Source: an uncultured Rivularia sp. (GTDB lineage: Bacteria; Cyanobacteriota; Cyanobacteriia; Cyanobacteriales; Nostocaceae). Taken from it: a stretch of DNA of 64,000 nt. Where the stretch lies: assembly GCA_963665115.1 (NCBI GenBank), contig OY762007.1:96001-160000 (forward strand), given 5' to 3'. Under the pieces are notes generated by a model that had not been told where the DNA came from, did no database searches, and was given only the letters and a program-made list of their open reading frames with translations. Shown in pieces: positions 23,201-31,981 of this stretch (its first letter is position 1; every line of letters starts with the position of its first letter). Position numbers and translations under genes: made by a program.

Positions 23201-24301
23201 ATTGGTAACGTACAAGGAAAAGCTGCTTCTCTACACCAACTTGCAGGAATTTACGCACAACGTGGTGATGTCGATGAAGCAATCAACCTTTACCAACAAT
23301 CTTTGGAATTAACAGAAAGAATTGGTAACGTACAAGGAAAAGCTGCTTCTCTACACCAACTTGCAGGAATTTACGCACAACGTGGTGATGTCGATGAAGC
23401 AATCAACCTTTACCAACAATCTTTGGAATTATATGAAAGAATTGGTAACGTACAAGGAAAAGCTGCTTCTCTACACCAACTTGCAGGAATTTACGCACAA
23501 CGTGGTGATGTCGATGAAGCAATCAACCTTTACCAACAATCTTTGGAATTAAAAGAAAGAATTGGTAACGTACAAGGAAAAGCTGCTTCTCTACACCAAC
23601 TTGCAGGAATTTACGCACAACGTGGTGAAGTCGATGAAGCAATCAACCTTTACCAACAATCTTTGGAATTATATGAAAGAATTGGTGACGTACAAGGAAA
23701 AGCTGCTTCTCTACACCAACTTGCAGGAATTTACGCACAACGTGGTGATGTCGATGAAGCAATCAACCTTTACCAACAATCTTTGGAATTAACAGAAAGA
23801 ATTGGTGACGTACAAGGAAAAGCTGCTTCTCTACACCAACTTGCAGGAATTTACGCACAACGTGGTGAAGTCGATGAAGCAATCAACCTTTACCAACAAT
23901 CTTTGGATTTAGATGAAAGAATTGGTAACGTACAAGGAAAAGCTGCTTCTCTACACCAACTTGCAGGAATTTACGCACAACGTGGTGATGTCGATGAAGC
24001 AATCAACCTTTACCAACAATCTTTGGAATTAAAAGAAAGAATTGGTGACGTACAAGGAAAAGCTGCTTCTCTAGGTATGCTTGGACAACTTTTAGCTGAT
24101 GAAAAGCAAGACTTTACAACCGCACTGGACTATTTACAGCAATCTTTTGAGATATTACAGCGTATCAAGTCACCGGATGCTCAAACTGTAAAGGAAATAA
24201 TTGATAGAATTAAAGCTGCACAAATTAGATCGACAAGTCAAGATTCTAGTAATGGGATTATTTCTCTTTGGCGAAAATTAGTTAATAAGATAAGAAGTTA
24301 G
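20204..24301 (+). CDS. CHAT (caspase-like) protease - STAND/NB-ARC-like NTPase - TPR protein
   Basis: LPWELL, VLHLTGHA (His), IFLSGCRTG (Cys), FVGRR, Walker A GMGGLGKSS, Walker B LLVLDDFE, DGNPRLL, C-terminal 40-aa TPR array. Confidence 0.9.
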   Translation: MQILHFNLKLLQNHCVELRYFENNPNQYQSRSLPLTEIADLIRLAEQDYYIPLPEDYKKTGQKLFDWLDGNDRFLQQLLDKQRGEGIVLAISTSGNIAHLPWELLHNGKCFLVETKPGIIPVRWVSSDAVKQLSIKPQPENRALQMLFMATSPLNVKPVLDFEKEEASILTATARQPLTLTVEESGCLQELGYLVEDYGKEDGKSYFDVLHLTGHATIKDETPAFITESATGEAIESTADDIASELQFQLPKLIFLSGCRTGQAANCGAVPSMAESLLDKGATSVLGWGQKVLDADATAAAESLYQALSAGKLLSESLALTYQALIENKARDWHLLRLYVADTLPGNLVTSLRTTGRIPASPRSFNAEFLDAAGKVKVPTRESFVGRRRQLQCCLRTLTLPLLTSPYQGEEISGRIGVLIHGMGGLGKSSLAARLCDRLTNFQRVVWVGAIDEASLVNRLTEKLDNQTLRETLQNPDEELKFRLRRVFNSLQETGNNPFLLVLDDFEANLEPRNDSYILLPVAAKVLSALVWAINETDKLQRIIITCRYDFESSSLQHFYKQPLEGMHGADLRKKLNRLAAFEETSQVDETLQAKAQRLADGNPRLLEWLDKLLQSNVDVAAILDKLADDSVELREQVLAEKLLQQMDDTMREMLQLGLVFELPVPREALEIVCENIAEVQQYIDKAIALGLLEVSPDKSLRVPRILPLKKLNSGLPTDNEITVIATTGSNREIFEIAAQVLYRLWREDKETYIEEQALEIHRLALLGRETEISGNLASNLANNWWHKNRYRETVELCKSTLEIIEDYRLLKPMAYCQQQLGEVEQASKNYQQALKLCPLKEEAETSAIYLSFGMLKAQQGDVEQAINLYQQSLELEERIGNVQGKAAIIHNLAIIYAQRGEVDEAINLYQQSLDLDERIGNVQGKAASLHQLAGIYAQRGDVDEAINLYQQSLELYERIGNVQGKAASLHCLAIIYAQRGDVDEAINLYQQSLELYERIGNVQGKAASLHQLAGIYAQRGDVDEAINLYQQSLELTERIGNVQGKAASLHQLAGIYAQRGDVDEAINLYQQSLELYERIGNVQGKAASLHQLAGIYAQRGDVDEAINLYQQSLELKERIGNVQGKAASLHQLAGIYAQRGEVDEAINLYQQSLELYERIGDVQGKAASLHQLAGIYAQRGDVDEAINLYQQSLELTERIGDVQGKAASLHQLAGIYAQRGEVDEAINLYQQSLDLDERIGNVQGKAASLHQLAGIYAQRGDVDEAINLYQQSLELKERIGDVQGKAASLGMLGQLLADEKQDFTTALDYLQQSFEILQRIKSPDAQTVKEIIDRIKAAQIRSTSQDSSNGIISLWRKLVNKIRS
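22775..24072 (+). repeat. Intragenic tandem array of ~11 near-identical 120-bp (40-aa TPR) units
   Basis: aatcaacctttaccaacaatctttgga recurs at 22801, 22921 ... 24001 with an exact 120-bp period. Confidence 0.95.
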
Positions 24302-24702
24302 GAATTGGGTATTGATAATCGTGGTGGCGTGTTGGGTTGGTTTGGATGATAAAAAACCGCAGAGACGCGGAGTACGCGGAGGTAAGAGGTAAGGAGAGGT
24401 TGTAGTGTGTTGGGTTGCGCTGTGGTTTAACCCAACCTACGAAGAATTGGGCATAGGGGATTGGGGATTGGGCATTGGAAATTTCTCGTAATCCGATAAT
24501 CCCATAATTTAATTTACAGATGAACCCACGGAGGTGGGTTTTGCTTGTTTAGACGCGGTTTCCAACCGCCAATATTTAATTGATCATTTTCTTAATACAT
24601 CCGTGGTGCGTTACGGCATTTTCAAACGGATAACCTTTCAATAAAATATCTCGTGCTGTAACACACCCGCGCAAACTCCTCGCAATGACAAACAATATCA
24701 AA

Positions 24703-24746
24703 CTTCCATCTATAAAACCATTACGCATCGGTTTTATAGATGGAAG
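24703..24746 (-). terminator. 17-bp perfect inverted repeat, probable intrinsic terminator
   Basis: CTTCCATCTATAAAACC-N10-GGTTTTATAGATGGAAG, followed by a T-rich tract on the minus strand. Confidence 0.55.
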
Positions 24747-24838
24747 CAAGGTTTCTAAATGCTAATCACTGAAAACTATTGCAGTCTAAGCATTAAAGCA
24801 AGTTAGAGTCTTTTCAAAAATAGTCATTTAAAGTCAAT

Positions 24839-24922
24839 TCAGCGAGCGAAAAACTGAACCGCAAACATTGTCAAAAAGAACAATGAAAATAAGTACATTA
24901 AACTATCTGTATTTAAAAGCAT
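24839..24922 (-). CDS. Candidate 27-aa hydrophobic peptide MLLNTDSLMYLFSLFFLTMFAVQFFAR
   Basis: Read manually; AGGGA SD-like motif upstream, TATACT further upstream, hairpin downstream. Confidence 0.3.
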   Translation of the reverse strand: MLLNTDSLMYLFSLFFLTMFAVQFFAR

Positions 24923-25109
24923 GGTATCTGTTCCCTAAAAACTATTCACTGTAGACTGAGTATATTCACATAATTGTTCCTGAGCAAAATATAAGTATAA
25001 TTACTATATTTAATCATTAAAAAAATATCAATAAGTTTTATAAATAGCAGTATGGTTAATATACCTAAGTGTATAAATTATTCCTGGTATGTAGTGGCGC
25101 TTTAGCGTA

Positions 25110-25220
25110 TCAGTCCAATAATTCCGCGCAGCAAGCCTTTACCTCCTTAGTGCGCTTTCTAACTTCATCAGCGAAATATCCGAAACTATACTTATTAACA
25201 TCGAAAGTAATATTTGTCAT
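25110..25220 (-). CDS. Candidate 36-aa small protein MTNITFDVNKYSFGYFADEVRKRTKEVKACCAELLD
   Basis: GGAG 8 nt before the ATG at 25220; downstream of the cyclase gene. Confidence 0.35.
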   Translation of the reverse strand: MTNITFDVNKYSFGYFADEVRKRTKEVKACCAELLD

Positions 25221-25307
25221 CCCTAGTTCTCCGGTTTTATGGAAATTTATATTTCTATCTAAAGTTAAATCAGAACTAGAATAATTGCGTAGAATTACGT
25301 TACCCAA

Positions 25308-25385
25308 CTATCAATTATCAATTATCAATTATCAATTATCAATTACCAATTATCAATTATCAATTATCAATTATCAATTACCAAT
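25308..25385. repeat. STRR heptamer run (TATCAAT)n
   Basis: Tandem units directly visible. Confidence 0.9.
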
Positions 25386-25403
25386 CCCCAATGCCTAAAA
25401 ATT

Positions 25404-27014
25404 CTAATACCGTTTGCGATTGTGATAAACCGTAACCAACCGCTCAATACCTTTAAACCGATATTTGCCCATAATTTCAAATCTGCGTGGTTTGGAAAGC
25501 ATTTTATAAGTCTCTTCGCTAACTACGCATTCTCCAGGATGACAAATCCCTTCCATCCGTGCTGCTAAATTAATTGTTGCTCCTAAAGCTGTATATTCTA
25601 CTCTTTGAGAACTGCCTACATCACCTACAACCGCTTTACCGCTATTAATCGCAATTCTCAACTCTAAGGGTTCTTGCCAAAACTGATTGTAATTCAAGTT
25701 TTCTAAACGGGCTAACATCCTCATGGCGGCTGCTACAGCCCTATCTGCATGATTGGCTTGCGGTTCAGGTGCGCCGAAAAATGCCATGATGCAATCGCCG
25801 ATATATTTATCCAAAGTACCGCCACAAGCAAATACTTCTTTTAGCATTTCTTCAAATAATTTGTTGAGTAACTCCGCAATTTCCGTAGGAGTAAATCGTT
25901 CGGACATTGCCGTAAATCCGACGACATCGGCGAATAAAATGCTAATTTCGCTTTCTTTGGGCGGTAAACGTCCGTCGGGTAAGGCTCCTAATGCTATCAA
26001 CTGCTGTACCACTGCTGGTGAGTGATAGCGTTCCAATCTTTGCCGAATTATTTCTTCACTTTTGAGCTTTTCGATTAATAACCAACGTTGAACGCTCGAA
26101 GAAACCAGGTTTCCTAAAGTTGAAAAAAAGCTCAAATCTTCGGAACCTTCTCTTACCCAATGATAGGAAGAAAAACTTGCATCGGCATAAAGCACCCCGA
26201 CAACTTTATTTTCATCCCATAAGGGTACTGCCATTGCGCTACGAATTCCTTTGAGAAAAACGCTATGCTCTTCTTCAAATCGTTCGTCTTGATGGGTATC
26301 GGCTAACTGAATCGCGACTTTTTCTTCAAATACTTGCTGACATATGCTTTGAGAGATCCAGCTATCATCAGCCATTAACTGCTGTTTGTTACTAACATTT
26401 CTACTCGCAGCATTTAATAACACTAAATTGCCGCAATTCTTAACATCTATTAACAGCCCCAAACGGTCAATACTATTAAGATAACGAAAGACAACCTGCT
26501 GTACTTGCGAGAAAATTTCTTCAATAGAAGTAGCTCCCGAAAGATTTTTGGCTATATCTACCAAATCCTTTAGACGGGCGATCGTTCTATCTTTGCTCCT
26601 GATATTACCATCGTTACTATCAGCATCTATCCACTGCTCTTGTAATTGTTCAACATTGCGAAGTATAGTTTTACCTTCAGAAAAACCACCATACTTAGGT
26701 GCAATTGCTTTGGGAGGAAGACTTAAAAGCACTATTAGAGAAATATCTCCTACCCAAATTACATCCCCATGAGAAATTGCAGTAGGTTTAGTTACGGGTT
26801 GTTCGTTTAATAGTGTGCCGTTTTTGCTACCCAAATCTTCAACCATCCACAAACCATTCTTTCCTTTCGTAAAACGCGCATGACTGCGAGAAATACCTCC
26901 GAAAGGTAAACTTAGGTTACATTCTGGCAACCTACCAATAATATAAATATCTTGATCCACCGTCACCGTTTTTTGGGTATTTCCCCTTTGGAAACGTAGT
27001 TTCAACTCAGTCAT
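25404..27014 (-). CDS. cyaD: FHA-GAF-class III adenylate cyclase (CyaD-type)
   Basis: FHA (IGR..SRSHA..DLGSKNGT), GAF (SAMAVPL..VVGVLYAD), cyclase (ILFADVVGFT, DKYIGDCIMAFFG, INLAARME). Confidence 0.85.
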   Translation of the reverse strand: MTELKLRFQRGNTQKTVTVDQDIYIIGRLPECNLSLPFGGISRSHARFTKGKNGLWMVEDLGSKNGTLLNEQPVTKPTAISHGDVIWVGDISLIVLLSLPPKAIAPKYGGFSEGKTILRNVEQLQEQWIDADSNDGNIRSKDRTIARLKDLVDIAKNLSGATSIEEIFSQVQQVVFRYLNSIDRLGLLIDVKNCGNLVLLNAASRNVSNKQQLMADDSWISQSICQQVFEEKVAIQLADTHQDERFEEEHSVFLKGIRSAMAVPLWDENKVVGVLYADASFSSYHWVREGSEDLSFFSTLGNLVSSSVQRWLLIEKLKSEEIIRQRLERYHSPAVVQQLIALGALPDGRLPPKESEISILFADVVGFTAMSERFTPTEIAELLNKLFEEMLKEVFACGGTLDKYIGDCIMAFFGAPEPQANHADRAVAAAMRMLARLENLNYNQFWQEPLELRIAINSGKAVVGDVGSSQRVEYTALGATINLAARMEGICHPGECVVSEETYKMLSKPRRFEIMGKYRFKGIERLVTVYHNRKRY

Positions 27015-27540
27015 TCGCTAACAGGATTTACGATTTTGTATTTTGGATTCTCCCGTGTGTTGAAAAACGGCTTTTGGCACGCTTCATCAACGGGGGCTGG
27101 CTGATTTACGGTTACTTAAAACTAATACATTCCATTTATGACACTGTAAACGGCACTCCGACAACTATAACTCTTGTCCGAGCAACCATTAACCCACTTG
27201 TGACTCAAGGAAGCCAAATCGAATATTCTCGTTACAAGTCAAAGCTTTATAACGCAGCTTCGGAGAGGCTTTGCGCCTGTATTCAAGACTATTCCTTCGG
27301 ATTTTTTAGCGTAAGTTATGCGATCGCGATCTATAAATGTTGCTCATTCCCCGTTTTCTGCCCTGTGCTAGAAAAATATTAATCAATTCTTTACATAACC
27401 GGAGTCACATCCGCCATGTGTGAAGAAACAATACAGCAAGAAGCGTTAGAATCAAATTTAATAATTTGCAATGGTTAAGCTATCGAGACAAATCATCACT
27501 TAATAGTTATAGTTGATTTTTTATCCCAAAAAAAATATTT

Positions 27541-29058
27541 ATGAAACAGCATTATAGTTCAAAAAATAATCACTTCAGTCAACTGAGAAACTCGGTTTTT
27601 TTGATTTTAGTTATTTTCAGTATATTAGCAGTAGTAGTCGCAACACTTTATCCTTTCAACTTTTCAGTCCCAAACAATATTTCTAAGCGAGAATTAGTTA
27701 ATAGCTTTGATAATAATAGCTTTTTTAACGATCAGGTAAACAATGTCTTGCTATTTTTACCTTTAGGGTTTGGCTTAACGGGTTTATTACAAAAAAAAGC
27801 AAAATTAGTTGTGCAGATTATAGTCGCAATTTTAGCCAGCGCTGCATTATCATCAAGCGTTGAATTGCTGCAAATTCTCGTACCTTCAAGAACACCAACA
27901 CCCGCCGATATTTTTAATAATAGCTTTGGTGGCTTTCTAGGACTAATTTGCTTTTATATTTGGAATTCTAAAAGCTTTAAAGCGATATTACAAAGAATAG
28001 AAAATAGTCAAGCCAGTAGCTCAATCGGCAAGATTACCTTATTTTTTACAGGCTATATAATTCTGACATTTTTGCTGACAATTCCTTGGCAAGCTACAAC
28101 TAATTTAAGTGGCTGGAATTCCAGTTTCCCATTAATTATCGGCAATGAAAAAACTGCCGATCGAGGTTGGGAAGGTTACATTTCCGAGCTTAATATTACC
28201 AATCGATATTTTTCTCAAAACCAAGTAAAACAAGTATTTTCTCAAAGCAATAATTTTGCAAGTCAGGGAGATTCCCTACTTGCTTCCTATGAATTTAATG
28301 GAAAAGCACCATACAAAGATAAAACCGGAAAACAGCCAGATTTAGTCTGGCAAGGTGAATCAACAACTCAAAATCAAAATAAAGTTTTTATAAGTCCAAA
28401 TCGCTGGCTACAAACAGCAACACCCGTGACATCGTTAACCGAAAGTATCAGTAAAACTTCTAAATTTACGATTAGCACTACCCTTACCACTACTAAAACA
28501 GAACAAAACGGCCCTGCACGAATTATTTCGCTTTCCAACGATTCTTTTCGTCGTAATTTCACCTTGGGACAACAAGGAAGCGATTTAGTATTTAGAGTTA
28601 GAACTCCCCTTACCGGAGCAAATGCTGCTGATGTAAAACTAGATGTTCCTGGTGTATTTAATGATGCAAAACCGCATCACATCGTCATTACCTACTCCAA
28701 ATCATCACTAATTATTTATGTAGACAACATTGCGAATATCCACACCTTAAACTTACTTGACTTAATACCCAAAGAAAAAAGATTTTTCTATTATGGACTA
28801 ACATTTATTCCACTAGGACTTTGTTTAGCACTGCTAACAACATTAGCAAAAAGAAAAATCAACTTTTACCGTTTAATGCTACCCGCAGGAATCATATTAC
28901 CTTCCTTAATATTAGAAGGAATCCTCGTACAAGAAAGCGGTAAAAGCATCAATCCAAAAAACCTATTTCTGGGAATATTATTTACAGCCGGTACAATGTT
29001 GATATTAAAAGCAAGAACGGGAAGTAGTGAGGAGTTAGGAGTAGTAAGTAGTAAGTAG
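27541..29058 (+). CDS. VanZ family membrane protein with a LamG-like domain
   Basis: N..LFLPLG, ELLQ...PSR...DI..N VanZ motifs; GPARIIS..RNFTLGQ LamG-like region. Confidence 0.8.
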   Translation: MKQHYSSKNNHFSQLRNSVFLILVIFSILAVVVATLYPFNFSVPNNISKRELVNSFDNNSFFNDQVNNVLLFLPLGFGLTGLLQKKAKLVVQIIVAILASAALSSSVELLQILVPSRTPTPADIFNNSFGGFLGLICFYIWNSKSFKAILQRIENSQASSSIGKITLFFTGYIILTFLLTIPWQATTNLSGWNSSFPLIIGNEKTADRGWEGYISELNITNRYFSQNQVKQVFSQSNNFASQGDSLLASYEFNGKAPYKDKTGKQPDLVWQGESTTQNQNKVFISPNRWLQTATPVTSLTESISKTSKFTISTTLTTTKTEQNGPARIISLSNDSFRRNFTLGQQGSDLVFRVRTPLTGANAADVKLDVPGVFNDAKPHHIVITYSKSSLIIYVDNIANIHTLNLLDLIPKEKRFFYYGLTFIPLGLCLALLTTLAKRKINFYRLMLPAGIILPSLILEGILVQESGKSINPKNLFLGILFTAGTMLILKARTGSSEELGVVSSK

Positions 29059-29108
29059 TAAGTAGTAAGTAGTAAGTAGTAAGTAGTAAGTAGCGAGTAG
29101 AAAGTAGT

Positions 29109-29403
29109 TATAGCAATCTGAATTTGAATGTGAGAAAATACGTAGATGCAATATTCATATCAAAAGCGCGGCAGTCGCTACAACGCGCTGCCTTGGCTAC
29201 ACAGGCAAAACCCCTTCGGGTAAGGCTAACGCCTCGCTTCGCTAACACTAGTTTGGGGGACGGAAACCGACACCCGCAACTAGATTCACCGCCTGCGCGG
29301 GTTATTTAATTGAGTCCAGGTTGCCGGACTTTGCTTATGTAGTAGCGGTAATAAAGCGCCAGTTTGTTTGTGAAATTCTCACGAATCATTTAGGATTGCT
29401 ATA
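29109..29403. mobile_element. MITE-like element (TATAGCAATC... / ...GATTGCTATA) with nested small GC-rich repeats
   Basis: Terminal inverted repeats; internal GC-rich palindromic pieces. Confidence 0.6.
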
Positions 29404-29469
29404 TCAATTGTAAATTCTTAATTCTTAACTCATTACTCATTACTCATTACTCTCTCCTTGCCCCCCTGT

Positions 29470-30366
29470 TCACTGTTCACTGTTCACTGACTCCGGCACT
29501 TCCAGGGGGAATTGTCCTAAAAGTCCTTTACGATAATCGGTGACAATAGTTCTGGCACTACGCTCTACATCACCTTGATATTTATGTTCGGCTAAAGCGT
29601 ATATATATTCTTCTCCGGTGTATGGTGTGGATTCAAGCTTGTAACGAGATAAGAAAGGATTTTCTGGTAACACTTTCGGCGCAGTTTCTTGCATCTCTCC
29701 AACTATATCTACGAATGCTGCTGCTACTTTTTGATTGTCGTAGGATGCTTCTCCAATATCGTCGCAAATTGCTAATTTTAATGCTGCTTCCTGATTATCT
29801 AATCTTAAAGGAATGACACCGGGAGCATCTAATAATTCTAATTCTTTGGAAATTCGTACCCACCTTAAAGCACGAGTTACACCGGGGCGAGCCGCGCTTG
29901 GTACCACACGTTTACCCAATAAACGATTTATCAAAGCTGATTTACCTACATTCGGAAAACCAATTACCACAGCACGTATAGGGCGAGGTAACATTCCCCG
30001 CTGTTTACGTCGTTGATTAACCGCACTTCCCGCAGATTGTGCTGCTTTAGCAACTCCATTTACCCCTTTTCCTTGTTTGGCATCAGTAAAAATGGGAACT
30101 TCATTATTAGCTCTAAAGTAATCCGTCCATAATTCCCTTACCTCAGATGAAATCATGTCCAACCGATTGATTACCAACAATCTTGCTTTATCTCCTATCC
30201 ATTCCGACACTTGCGGATGGTGAGTTGATAAAGGAATACGTGCATCTCTTACTTCTAAGACAACATCAACTAATTTTAGTTGTTCTTTTAATTGTCTTTC
30301 AGCTTTCGCTATATGGCCGGGATACCATTGAATTAGATTTAATTTATAGTTGTGAGTTATGGGCAT
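29470..30366 (-). CDS. rbgA: Ribosome biogenesis GTPase RbgA/YlqF
   Basis: IQWYPGH, EVRDARIP, GFPNVGKS, PGVT and LLDAPG motifs. Confidence 0.92.
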   Translation of the reverse strand: MPITHNYKLNLIQWYPGHIAKAERQLKEQLKLVDVVLEVRDARIPLSTHHPQVSEWIGDKARLLVINRLDMISSEVRELWTDYFRANNEVPIFTDAKQGKGVNGVAKAAQSAGSAVNQRRKQRGMLPRPIRAVVIGFPNVGKSALINRLLGKRVVPSAARPGVTRALRWVRISKELELLDAPGVIPLRLDNQEAALKLAICDDIGEASYDNQKVAAAFVDIVGEMQETAPKVLPENPFLSRYKLESTPYTGEEYIYALAEHKYQGDVERSARTIVTDYRKGLLGQFPLEVPESVNSEQ

Positions 30367-30573
30367 GAGATTAGGGAGTAGAAAGTAGGAAACGAGGGAT
30401 AAGGAATAAAAGTCTAATATAGCTATTAAAGTATATAACTTTATATATAATGAGTTGAACTATTTTTAGGCGATCGCCATTAATCGCCATTAATTATATA
30501 GTGCAAGAAATATTGGCTAATTATAATTGATTGCTAACATTTTTTTTTGAATATTGCTTCTTTTCCCCACTCC

Positions 30574-30948
30574 CTACTCCCACGACTGATGTAAAATAAT
30601 GCGATTGCCATCAATATCGTAAGCGTAAACCTCTCTACCGTGGGGAGCATGAGTAATTTCGCCGAAAGGGGCATGACCTAATGTTTCAAGATGATACATT
30701 ACACTTTCTAAATCTTTCACTTCTAAACATAAACTAATGCTACTTCTAAAAGAATCACTAAACTCAGAGAAATGAGATTTTTTTGGTTTAAAAATGGCTA
30801 GTTTTAAACCTGAAAGCTGAAACTCTGCATAGCTATTAGGAATATGATTGTTAGGATTTTGACCGAGAAATTTAATGTAAAAATCAGCTAGCTTTACAAA
30901 GTTGATAGTCGCAATAGTTACAAATGCTTCAGTACATTTAAAGGACAT
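30574..30948 (-). CDS. VOC/glyoxalase family protein
   Basis: FY...LG, SISLCLEV and HGREVYAYD.DGNR motifs; likely start MSFKCT. Confidence 0.75.
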   Translation of the reverse strand: MSFKCTEAFVTIATINFVKLADFYIKFLGQNPNNHIPNSYAEFQLSGLKLAIFKPKKSHFSEFSDSFRSSISLCLEVKDLESVMYHLETLGHAPFGEITHAPHGREVYAYDIDGNRIILHQSWE

Positions 30949-31211
30949 ATTAATATACAGGTCAAAACAGTTCAAAATTATCATTACCTAAACTTTGAGG
31001 CTTGAAGCAAGGAATATGCTTTTATATTTTTCCCTTCAAAGGAGAGGCTTATATTCTTAATTAAACAATTAGAAAAATTAGAAAATAATCCTATTTTAAT
31101 TTTTAACTTTTAATTTTTAATTTTGAATCCAAAAAATGCTCAAAGGTGAGAAATTACTGTTTATAGTTAAAGTTAATCGTAAAGTTTAGACAATTGCGAG
31201 TTTACGCTATT

Positions 31212-31757
31212 TTAGTCATTAGTTAAAGCTGTTTTTGCTTCATGTTGAATATCTTTTTCTGGATTACCCAACTCGCGGGTATTTGCGGCAAATTCTAATA
31301 GTATTCCATCGGGATCGAAAAAATAAAATGATGAGATGAAAGTGTTTTCGTCGGCTTCTGATACATAGCCAGAGGGAACATCGGCGTGATGTAAAATTGG
31401 TGTGGTTTGAATCCCTTTGCTATTCAGTTTTTCTCTATATTCTTCAACTTTTTCCAAAGGGATTTTAAAGGCTAGATGATTCAAAGAGCCGTGAGCAGTG
31501 GCTATATTACCTGTTTGTAAAGCGTCGGGGCTTACCGAAGCTATCCCTGGTGATGCTTGTGGTGCTTGAGGAAACCAGAAAAAAGCCAAAGCATCACCGT
31601 TACCAATATCGAAGAAGAAATGCTGTCCACCGTCGGGAAGAGCAATAGTTTTAATTAATTTTAACCCCAGGGTATTAGTATAAAAGTTTACTGTCTGCGC
31701 CATGTCTTTACATACTAAAGCGATATGATTGATTCCTTGAAGTTGAAAGTCTTTCAT
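31212..31757 (-). CDS. VOC/glyoxalase family protein
   Basis: GINHIAL, LNHLAF and SFYFFDPDGILLE metal-binding motifs. Confidence 0.85.
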   Translation of the reverse strand: MKDFQLQGINHIALVCKDMAQTVNFYTNTLGLKLIKTIALPDGGQHFFFDIGNGDALAFFWFPQAPQASPGIASVSPDALQTGNIATAHGSLNHLAFKIPLEKVEEYREKLNSKGIQTTPILHHADVPSGYVSEADENTFISSFYFFDPDGILLEFAANTRELGNPEKDIQHEAKTALTND

Positions 31758-31981
31758 GATGGCTATGCTTGAATGCTCGATAACTTATTGTTTTCACAAT
31801 ACTGTTAAAAACGCAACTACGATCAAAAGCGATGATTTCTTCATAAAAATCAATCATCTGAGATATATATTGGAATAGAAGCTTAAAATCATTGATAATA
31901 AGCGAAAATAGCATTATTTGGCTATAGGTAATTCTTTTTAGTCCAAATTTTCTGACAAGGCTTAACTATTAGGTTTTTTTA

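Noticed and set aside
23322..23792. Two 76-aa alternative-frame ORFs in the TPR array
   Set aside because: By-products of the 120-bp periodicity
22775..24072. Diversity-generating retroelement behind the TPR variation
   Set aside because: No reverse transcriptase or separate template repeat in the window, and the changes are not confined to adenines
27074..27382. 102-aa ORF between the cyclase and VanZ genes
   Set aside because: TTG start, no recognisable motif, lies in a divergent promoter region
29124..29309. 61-aa ORF
   Set aside because: Lies entirely within a MITE with nested repeats
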